Source of the DNA: Mytilus edulis
Lineage: Eukaryota
Assembly: GCF_963676685.1 (NCBI RefSeq)
Contig: NC_092354.1
Span: 71,796,001 to 71,860,000, forward strand
Length of the DNA stretch: 64,000 nt
Reading direction: 5' to 3'
Shown: positions 38,496-50,400 of the stretch, in pieces
How the letters are laid out: the number at the start of each line of letters is the position of its first letter
Position numbering within the stretch: the first letter of the stretch is position 1
Position numbers and translations under genes: made by a program
The notes under the pieces: generated by a model
Told to the model about the DNA's origin: nothing
Seen by the model: only the letters and a program-made list of their open reading frames with translations
Databases searched by the model: none

Positions 38496-41400
38496 ATGCT
38501 TTTCTTAGGATTTATTTGTTTTGTGCTATTGTCAGGAGTAAAATCAAGAAATATCGGTGATGCTATGGTAGAAACGCCAATGGTCGATAACCAAAATGCC
38601 CCTTTAAGTGCAATGTTTGACATGACAAACGTAAATGAACGCATCAAGACATACATATCAGAGTATTTTGATAGTAAAATGTCAAAATTGGTTAATATGA
38701 AGTTAGAAGAGGTTTTGTTGTCATCAAAAATAGATGAGGACTTGAAGCAGAACATTGAAAAGATGAAGGAAAATTTAACACTGAAATTTGAAAAGGAAAT
38801 TAAAGGATATGTTGATGGCGTGCACCAGAATTTGACCGATGCTTTATCTGAAGGTAACTACATTGTTTTATTCATTTAAGAGCGGTCCTACTTATTATAG
38901 TCAATATTAATATTATTATCATTATAGTTATTTTAATGGCATAGCAATATAGAAAAACAAAATTAAAAAAGACAAGTGCATTTTTTCTCGATTTGTAGTT
39001 GACATTTTCATTAAAATCTTTGACACAGTCCATTGTCCTTACCTTGACCTTAAATGACACTTTTTGGACAGCCATTGATTTTTACCTCATACCATGAAAA
39101 AATGAACTACTCACACATGTCATAGATACTCCTTTCTCAATCAATAATGTTGAAATCAGTTAGACTACATGAATGAAAAGCATAAGTTGAAAAAGATCTA
39201 GCGTTCATATGTGCTTTTAAAAGTTTTTGTTGGTTTTCTACTAAATGTACTGTAAAGTCTTCAAACTACGTTAGTTTCAAATTCTTTATTAGTATGCTTC
39301 ATCGTTGCAGATAAACTCATAACACATATAGTAAAAAGCTACAAATAGAAAAAATAAAAATCATAAACTAAAATGCCGTATTTCACCAAAAAATTACAAG
39401 AAAATAAACAATTGTCAAAATGACACTCATTGACCTCTATACATTTATTTTTAAGTATAAAAATTCCTTTAAATAATTATAAGTTCAAAACATAAACAAA
39501 CATGAACTAAAAAGCGAAATTAACGTAAACAAACTTTGGCATTAATTGCATTCCATAAAGTAAAAAATTATAAGCATAGAAATACAGGTGTAAATATGGC
39601 ACTAACGGCGTTCCATAGTCCCCGATAGCACTCTGTACTTCAAAAAAGTTAATAATCTTAAATTTAATAAGAAAATTAAACAATTGCAAGAATAATATTT
39701 TAACCTAAACGCTAAAATAATTAATTATTCTAAAATAAACGGTGTACATAATGCAAAACAAACAAAATGCTGATGTAAACAAACACGACCTGTGTGCACG
39801 TTAAGGTTCATCATAACATATGGACAGATATGGCCGTATTTTCATCTCAAAAACTACTCTGTGTACAGACTTACCTGTGCTGTTTGGAAAGTTTTAATGC
39901 CTAGCGTCTACTAGATATATAAAAGTTAAATTCATTTTGTGTTTAACATGTTTAAGAAAGATCTTTCTTGGTTTTTGATGGGCATTTTTTTTCCTTTCTG
40001 CAGAAGGTGTAAAAATAAATAAACACCTGAATTACTTTGATACTGTCAACTCACTGACTCAGATAAACTCTTTAACTCACTTATAGTTGTAAAGATACCT
40101 CTTGTCCATGTCAATTAAGGACAATCAAAACAATAAAAACAGTTTTTTTACCCGAGGGAGCATCTCATAGTTGTACCACAACTTAGTTAATTTTCACACC
40201 ATTTTGCATGAAGGAAAAAAAAATGCCCATCAAAATCCAAAAGAGATTTTATCTTTCTGAAACACAAAATGCATTTAACATGACTTTTTGTTTAACTTTA
40301 CAAAAATGTATTTTATCTAGTGGATGCCAGGCATTAAAACTTTTCCAACTTCGCAGGTAAGTCTGTACTCAGAGTAATTTTTGGCATGTAAATACAGCCA
40401 TATTTGTCCGTTTGTTATGATGAACCTTAATCGGCAGTTCAAACAAAGAAAACGTAGATAATTAATTGCTTAAACTTATCAAAAATATGAAATATTTACT
40501 TTAAGTTATAAAATAAAATAATATAAAAATTAACTCACAGTGTAGTTTACCGATTGCACGAAAATCGAAAAAATTCAAAGCGAAACACAATCTTTCTTCA
40601 CAATGCCATATGGGAATCTCAATGAAACTGATAAGAAATAGCACGTGTTTCAAACAGTAAAAGCACGTGCAAAAATGCGGGAATTTGAATTTATTTATCA
40701 AAAATAAGTATATCAATAAAATGTTGTGGTCACATGACATGTACCTGTTAGTAAATGCGGATACTCACCGATCTATACCTTTTTTTTGCGCTTTATTTTC
40801 AGTGATGTGATTTTGTTATAATATGTCTTTCTGCTTGGTATCGATGTGATAAGTTAAGCCCTCTCACTGTTTTTTTATAGGTAGTTTTCATGTAGTACTG
40901 TAACACCACTGTCTCAGGTTAGGGGAGAGTTTACGGCTTGAAACTACTTAAACCCCACCACATTACAAATCTCCAAAGTCAGGACCCTTTTATTTGATTA
41001 GTTACATTGAAATTGAAATCGGTACACTCCAGTATATTGTATTTGTTATTCGGGCTTCAAATGAGATATAAACACACATTCACTGTCAGTTCTCGATATT
41101 TCCATAGGTAATTGACCAGTTGACATAAACAACTGAGAAATATTAGGAGCCCATATCCTTTTGAACATCTGGATTAACATATGTATTCACCTTCAATGGT
41201 GCAATAGGAACGCAATTAGTCTAACTAAAGAGTGTTGAACTATACAGAGCTACCAAACAAATCAATAAAACTATGCTGATACACATTTTATAAGGTGTAA
41301 TTATACAACATAATTATATGTCAGCTATAAAAATGATAAAAAATGTATGATATTCTTACTCTTAAAATATATACTAAATCGATACAGATAGTAAAGGAAA

Positions 41401-44400
41401 TTTAAACAATTGGCGTGGAATTCTGTCATGATAGTATGCTTTGTCTTTCAATATAAGATTTGAGTCTATAGTTATAACTTAACATTTTATATTTTTCTTC
41501 AATATGTTTTCAGAGATGAACTCCTTTAAGACATCACTGGAAGATAGCAAACTAACCACAAAGAATCAAAATAAGGCAAATGGCAAGTCAATTCATAATA
41601 TGAAATCTTATTTTTCTCGCATGTTTTCAAACATGTTGCAAAAGTATAAATTATTCTAAATAATAGGGATATTCTTTTACCCTGCCATGGCCGTTTTTGG
41701 CACAACTTTTTAAATTTTGGTCCTCAATGCTGTTCAACTTTGTACTTGTTTCGGCTTTCAAATTTTTGTATCTGGGCGTCACTAGTACATTTAAGTATTG
41801 TGTGGACAAAATGCACTTCTGGCGTATTAAAATTTTAAACTTGTTACCTTTCGTTAGCTATTATTCGTGTGTTTCTTTGTCTATTGTGTTCTCCTATTTA
41901 TTTATATTGTAGTCCTGTACTGTTGTGTTGTCATTTTAATGTTATATTTCACATGGCCATAAAAGAGGGAGGTTTGGCATGCCACAAAACCAGGTTCAAC
42001 CCACCATTTTTTCCTTTAAAAATGTCCTGTACCAAGTCAGAAATATGGCCATTGTTATATTATAGTTCGTTTCTGTGTGTGTTACATTTTAACGTTGTTT
42101 CCGTTGTGTCGTTTGTTTTCTCTTATATTTGAGTGTGATTCACATTATCATAAGACGTCTCACGGTACTTATCTATCCCAAATTAATGTATTTGTTTTTG
42201 ATGTTATATTTGTTATTCTCATAGAATTTTGTCTAATGCTTAGTCCGTTTCTGTGTGTGTTACATTTTAATGTTGTGTCGTTGTTCTTCTTTTATATTTA
42301 ATGCGTTTCCCTCAGCTTTAGTTTGTTACCCCGATTTTGTTTTTTGTCCATGAATTTATGAGTTTTGAACAGCGGTATACTACTATTGTCGTTATTTATG
42401 ATGACACTCTTGCGTATTTAACATTGTTAATGTTTATTGTTTTAATGAATTTTCCAACAATTAGTGGCGGCTTGATGTGGGCATGTGGAGTGCAAGTTAT
42501 ATAAAAGGCAACAGTAGTATACTGTTGTTCGAAATTCATAAATCGATTGAGAGAAAAACAAATCCGGGTGTTACAAACTAACACTAAGGGAAACACATCA
42601 AATGACTTGGTACAGATAAGCCTTTATTGCATAAATTTTATTTAAATTTTCACCATGCTCCTTATTACGTTACGGACATTTACGCCTCTTTGTTCAAAAA
42701 CTCATATTTGGTTAACAGTTAGTCAATATTATGTGTATATGTGTAATAGAAAATATTTTTATAGGTTAATTTTGTATTTCAATTAGCGTGAGTTTGTTTC
42801 AATCTGTAACACATATATTAAACTTATTCAAGGCGACAAACCACCGAACACATGTGGAGGAGTATTACATGGTTGTGAGGATTTGAAAGGAACAATCTGT
42901 GGAAATGGTTTATACAGTCTTAATCCAAAAAGTTTACCACAGTTTCGTGGTTACTGTAATATGTGTTTTGCTGGTGGAGGCTGGACTGTAAGTTCATGAG
43001 TATTGATTTGAACGTAATACCTTTAAGCGGGTTATTTTCGTGGAGTGTACATCTTCGCTTATTTTCGCGGAGAGAAAAAAATCGCCAAAATAATTCCCAC
43101 CAATTTAAAGTGTACTTGCAAAGGTATTGATAAAAGTTTTGAATCCGCCAAAATAATAATCGCCAAAATATCTTGTATACCTTTTTCAGGGAAAATCGCG
43201 AAAGCATACACCCGCCAAAATAACCCGCTATACGGTATTACATTCTTTATTTTTGTTGCTTTTTCAAATTTTTGAACGGGGTGAGAAAAGTACTTCTCCT
43301 CAACAGTGACATTTAAGTTCTCTACAAATAAATCTTCTTAATTTCATTATGATATCAAATTCCCTTTGTTTCTTCTGAATTTCCTATGGAGTTTTCATGC
43401 AAAATGTGACCATGTATGATTACGTCACATAAAAATAACACACCTTTCTGCAAGTCTTTCAAAAGGAAGGATTTAAACCACTAAAAAAATAAAATCCACA
43501 ACAATAACTCGTGTATTACGATATTAAGCAACTCTCAACAGTTTCATTTGTTTTAATTAAAATATCAGCAAGCCTCGTACTTTAAATATCAAACTTTAAC
43601 TGTCTCGAGTGGAGAAATATAGTAACAATTGTTTCAGTTTGGGTTCTATATTGTTATTAATAATATTTAATAGAACATGTATTGTATGTGTACTAAAAAA
43701 TATTTATTTGTAGTAGTCAGGTTCTTTTGTATCACCTGAAAACGATATATCTATATTATAAAAATCTTGTTGATATTTTTCAATTTGCAATGGCAAATAA
43801 CGGCAATACAGCAAATAAATTTAAATACGGTTATGCAAATTTGAACCATATGGAATATCAATTCATGAAACGAAATTAGTACGCGCATATAAAAAACAAA
43901 AATACAAGTTGAACATTACTAAAAATAATACCGCTCTTATTGCCATTTGTTGTTTAATGGAATACGATACATACAACCTATATATGTTTTACCGAGACAA
44001 TTCAAATACGTATTCAATATGTACATATACCTTCATGTGCTGCTTTTAGAGATAACTTGGGTCAAATTTTTAAACAATTACTCACAATTTGGGTTTTCTG
44101 GACATTTCTATTATTTGGATCAGCAGTCTTTTAAGCTACTATATATTTATAAGTCTTAAGATTTGCACAGAGATACTATTATAGTTACATAGTGTGTTAA
44201 TGATCCCCATATGGAATTTACTGACCCCATATATATCGTACTAGGTCACTAGCACACTAGGTAACAAATTTATCTTACAGACTATCTTGACATGTGGTAT
44301 TTAGACTAGTGGCCTTTAAAACTGATCAAGTCCTTAATATCGTTTGTATTAGGAACATTCTTCCATTGGTCTATACAAAACAAATGGCAAAAATAACAAC

Positions 44401-47400
44401 TTGTTAGTTTTAAATGTGTTTTATGAATTTATTTTAATCGTTCATTACGTATTTCATTGTCTGTTGGAACCTTTAAGATTTTCCCTCAACACTGCATTGT
44501 TTGTATAAAGGAACATAATACTACTACTAACAGTGTATTGAAATAATATGGAATATACATGGTCTCCACGCGGTTGCTTTTAACCAATAATTTTCTTAAA
44601 AATGTGTAGGGGGTAGGAATATCCGAGGAAGATAATATAAAATCGTGTTGGCATATATTTCGGCTAAACATATAGCCTTAGTCGGTGTCAATGTGTTGAT
44701 TTTATCTTAATTTTTTCCCCCATAAATATAGCCTTAAAAATACATTAATGTCATATGAAACCTCAAATTAAAAAAAGAAAGATGCATATGTTTTTAATAA
44801 CAAAATAGATAGTTTTCATTATGAAAATTATGTACATATACTTTTTTCCGAAGAAAATTCTTTAATTTGTCCACATTAAGAAGAAGTTCACTTTTTTGAT
44901 TGCTTGCTTCCAGGAAGCAATTTGCCGACATATTTCCCGTATTCAAAGTGACCTTAGCGTGACCCTCTCGTAAAAATCCGGTGATCGCAATACGCATGGA
45001 TCTGTCACTGAAATAAACTATTATCTGATTGTACTAGTTTAACACGTGCTCAATATCCATGCTTCTTTGTTGATTGTTTACTATAAGGTGACAATCGGTA
45101 AACTTCGGCTTCAAACACGACAAGTAATGAGCAGCCATATTTTCACATCATAACAATCAGGGAGAGGAAAAAAATGACGATTATACGATACATTTGCGTA
45201 ATGAATGATAAAATTGTGCACAAAAGACTAAGTTAATGATATATACAAATGTACATGCATTGGTTCAAGAATTGGATAAAAATTATTTTTCACTCGTTTC
45301 ATAAGACTTTAATAATCGATTTTTTTTTATAGAAGTTGTTAATACCATACTTATGTCTTTCAAGGTTAAACATGTAACATGTTAATATCATACTGATGTC
45401 TTTCATGGTTAAACATGTAACATGTTAATATCATACTTATATGTGCTGGTGGTTGTACCACAGGATTGTGCATGCGTCTAGTGTGGTAGAGCCATATGCT
45501 TTTTATCACCGCTGGCTAGCCTGCTTCCAGGTGAAAAAGAAAGCCGAGTGAGTAAGTCTTTCTGCCAGTACATAGCCTCTGCACTATTCATGACTTCTGC
45601 AATGCCTCCACGCGACGGCACACGGTAACTAGGGTCTAGTACCCTAGGCATAATTGTATAGGATCTCGGAGCAGCAAGGGCCCCAGAGATGCAGTGTGTA
45701 GGCCCACCGGCCCCAGCTATGGGTAAATAGTTGGTTAGATGAAGATCATAGCTCTGTTAAAGCAGTTCATCTAAGAGAAGGACAACTTGATACAAAACCA
45801 ATGGCTAGATGGGAGTCATAAGCTCTGGTTAGCAGCTTATCTAGAGGAAGGAAACCTTGATTAATAAATCCCTGGCCCTCCTGGTAAGGGGGTTTGGCGT
45901 CAGGCTAATCACTTTGCCCTGTAAAAAAAGCTGATTACAGAAACTAATACAGTCGATAAACATGCGTGCCCTTCTAGGGTTGGAGCAGAAGTTGTTTTTA
46001 ATGCAACTGACCGCCATGCGATGCAGAGAATGACGTCTAATAAACCGATACCACTGTTTTCGCCCAAAAAAGTCACCAAAGTTGCGCAATGGAATGTACG
46101 CACAATGTATGAATGTGGAAAATGTGCTCAGATAGCAAAGGAGATGAGAAATTATGATATAAACATACTTGGCATAAGTGAGGCAAGATGGAACCAAAGT
46201 GGAGTTTTGACACTGGTAACAGGTGAGGAGATTCTATACTCGGGAAACCCAAATAAAAATGATTACCACACCAAAGGAGTAGCAATAATGCTTTCAAACA
46301 CATCAAAGAAGAGCCTGATGGAATGGGAACCAGTAAGTGAGAGAATAATGTGGGTGAGACTAAAAGCTTAATGCCAAAACATAACTATCATACAGTGTTA
46401 TGCACCAACCAATGATGCAGAAGATGATGTAAAGGAATGTTTTTATGAACAACTACAACATGTTTGGGACAACATCCCCAAAAGAGACATCAAAATAGTC
46501 ATGGGTGATATGAATGCTGAGATTGGAAAAGAGAACAAGGACAGAGAGAAAACACTAGAAAAACATGGTCTAGGAGAAATAAATGAGAATGGAGAAAAGC
46601 TAGTTGAATTCTGTGAGATGAATGAGCTTGTGATAGGAGGCAGTTTATTTCCACATAAGAACATACACAAGGAGACATGGGAATCACCTGATGGAAAAAC
46701 AAAAAATCAGATTGACCACATCATGATAAGCCAGAGATGGAGAAGCTCACTACAAGACGTTAGAGTTATGAGAGGAGCAGATATCAGCTCAGACCACCAT
46801 CTTATCATAGCCAAAGTAAAAACAAAACTTGCAAAAGGGACCAAAGTAGAACAAAAACGTATTAAGTATAATGTGGAGAAGCTCAAAGACCGACGTATAC
46901 ACCTCAAAGATCAATTCCAGATTAAGCTCAGAAACAGATTTGAAGTACTTAAAGATGGGCCAGACCTGGACATAAATAACGAATGGGAAGTGGGAAGAGA
47001 TATCATCAAGGAAGTGTGTGAAGATGTACTTGGTAGAAAAACTAACAAAAAGAAAGATTGGATGTCACTTGGAACGTGGGATAAAGTAGAAGAGAGGAGG
47101 AAAATGAAGGAAAATTTAAACAATGCAAGAACAAGGGCTAAAAAACAAGAAGCACAAAACAAACACCAGCTTCTCAACAAAGAAGTGAAAAACTGTTGTA
47201 GGAAAGACAAGAGAGAATATGTAAATGACCTAGCAACTGAAGCAGAATTTGCTGCATATAAGGGCGACATCAAAACCTTGTACAATATCACCAAAACCCT
47301 TAGTAGACGTAAAACAGCTAAGTCTAAACCAGTAAAGGATAAAGATGGAAAAGTCCTAACCAGTCTTAATGAACAGATGGAAAGATGGAATGAATACTTT

Positions 47401-50400
47401 GTCAATGTCCTGAATAGACCAGAACCAGACCAACCAGTAATAGTAGAGCCAGCTGGGGTAGATTTTAATATTAAAATAGATAACATCAAGAAATATGAAG
47501 TGAAAAAGGCCATCAAATCACTAAAAAATGGAAAATCTGCAGGCATAAGTGAAATACCACCTGAAGTTTTCAAATCTGGAGGCAATGACATAATCGAATA
47601 CATGTACAAACTCCTGAATAAGATCTGGCAGGAAGAAAAGATACAAACAGAATGGTTAAAGGGTTTGTTAGTGAAGCTGCCAAAGAAAGGTGATTTAGGG
47701 CTATGTGAGAATTGGAGAGGCACAACACTTCTATCAGTAGCTAGTAAAATACTGTGCAGAATTATACTCAGCCGAATTAAAGATGCAATTGATCAGGTAC
47801 TGAGAGACGAACAAGCAGGTTTCAGATCAAACAGAAGCTGCACTGACCAAATATCAACGCTACGTACCATCATTGAACAATCGGTAGAATGGCAATCATC
47901 CCTCTACATCAACTTTGTCGATTTTGAAAGGGCATTCGATATTGTCAACAGAGAAGGGCTGTGGCAACTGCTAAGGCATTATGGCATACCAACAAAAATT
48001 GTGAACATGATCAAGGCGTTGTATGAGGATTACACAGTACAGGTGATACATGAATCATCATTCACCAATCCTTTCCATGTAAATAGTGGTGTGAAACAAG
48101 GCTGCCTACTCTCCCTTACACTATTCTTGATAGCTATAGACTGGGTAACAAAGCAAGCACTAGACACTACACCAAGAGGTATACAGTGGAACTTCGCACA
48201 AAGGCTAGAAGACCTAGATTTTGCAGATGATCTGGCTCTGTTATCTTACCGTTTGAAAGACATGAGAGACAAAACCACCGAACTCCATGAAACAGGAAAG
48301 AAACTAGGGCTAAAAATCAACATCAAGAAGACAAAAATTATGAAAGTAAAGACCAGAAAAGGAGGAACAGTGTCAATTGAAGGTGAAAATATTAAAGAAG
48401 TAGATCAGTTTACTTATTTAGGAAGCATCATGGATAGAACTGGTGGGACAGATGCAGACATCAGGACAAGAATAAGTAAAGCTCGACAAGCTTTTGCTAT
48501 GCTGAAGCCAGTTTGGAAATTAACAGCATTTACAGAAAACACCAAAATTCGAATTTTTAACACAAATGTTAAATCAGTCCTTTTTTATAGTGCAGATACC
48601 TGGAGACTAACAGCAGGGGTACAACATAAAATCCAGGTTTTTATCAACAAATGCCTGCGCCAAATTTGTAAATTTTGGTGGCCAGAAACCATTAGTCACA
48701 AATGCCTATGGGAAAGAACCAACCAGGAACCAGCAACTAAACAGCTAAAGATGAGAACTTGGCAATAGATTGGGCATACTTTGAGGAAACCTGTAGGTAC
48801 CATCACTAGACAGGCATTAGAATGGAATCCCCAAGGACATCGGAGACCGGGAAGACCATTTCACAGCTGGAGAAGATCAAGGCACAAAGAGCTGGATGAA
48901 ATTGGATATACCTGGACCGAAGCAAAAAGGATAGCCCAAAATAGAGTAAGACAGAAAGCGACTGTAGCAGCCCTATGTTCCACAAGGAACGAAGAGGATT
49001 AAGTAAGTAAGTGAGTATGTCTTTCAAGGTTAAACATGTAACATGTTAATATCAATATCAGAATTTGCTGCATATTAGGGCGACATCAAAACCTTGTACA
49101 ATGTAACCAAAACCCTTAGTAGACATAAAACAGCTAAGACTAAACCAGTAAAGGATATAGATGGAAAAGTCCTAACCAATCTTAATGAACAGATGGAAAG
49201 ATGGAATGAATACTTTGTCAATGTCCCGAATAGACCAGAACCAGACCAGCCAATAATAGTAGAGCCAGCTGGGGTAGATTTGAAAATTAGAATAGATAAC
49301 ATAAAGAAATATAAAATGAAAAAGGCCATCAAATCACTCAAAAATGAAAAAAAACTGCAGGCATAGATGAAATACCACCTGAAGTTTTCAAATCTGGAGG
49401 CAATGACATAATAGAATAAATGTACAAACTTCTGAATAAGATCTTGCAGGAAGAAAAGATACCAACAGAATGGTTAAAGGGTTTGTAGTGAAGCTGCCAA
49501 AGAAAGGTGATTTAGGGCTATGTGAGAATTGGAGAGGCATAACACTTCTATCAGTAGCTAGTAAAATACTGTATAGAATTATTTTCAGCCGAATTAAAGA
49601 TGCAATTGATCAGGTACTGAGAGACGAACAAGAAGGTTTCAGATCAAACAGAAGCTGCACTGACCAAATATCAACACTACGTACCATCATTGAACAATCG
49701 GTAGAATGGCAATCATCCCTCTACATCAACTTTGTCGATTTTGAAAGGGCATTCGATAGTGTCAACAGAGAAGGGCTGTGGCAACTGCTAAGGCATTATG
49801 GCATACCAACAAAAATTGTTAACATGATCAATGCGTTGTATGAGAATTTCACAGTACGGGTGATACATAAATCATCATTCACCAATCCTTTCCATGTAAA
49901 TACTGGTGTGAAACAAGGCTGCGTACTCTCCCCTACACTATTCTTGATAGCTTATAGACTGGGTAACAAAGCAAGCACTAGACACTACACCAAGAGGTAC
50001 ACAGGTGAACTTCGCACAAAGGCTAGAAGACCTAGATTTTGCAGATGATCTGGTTCTGTTATCTCACCGTTTGAAAGACATGAGAGACAAAACCAACGAA
50101 CTCCATAAAACAGGAAAAAAACTAGGGCTAAAAATCAACATCAAGAAGACAAAAATTATGAAAGTAAAGACCAGAAAAGGAGGAACAGTGTCAATTGAAG
50201 GAGAAGATATTGAAGAAGAAGATCAGTTTACTTATTTAAGAAGCATCATGGATAGAACTGGTGGGACAGATGCAGACATCAGGACAAGAATAAGTAAAGC
50301 TCGACAAGCTTTTGCTATGCTGAAGCCAGTTTGGAAATTAACAGCATTTACAGAAAACACCAAAATTCGAATTTGTAACACAAATGTTAAATCAGTCCTT

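Noticed and set aside
46911-47723. 270-aa antisense ORF (also 4466-4954, 5691-6011, 38453-38755)
   Set aside because: Shadow ORFs opposite real coding sequence with biased codon use; no motifs.
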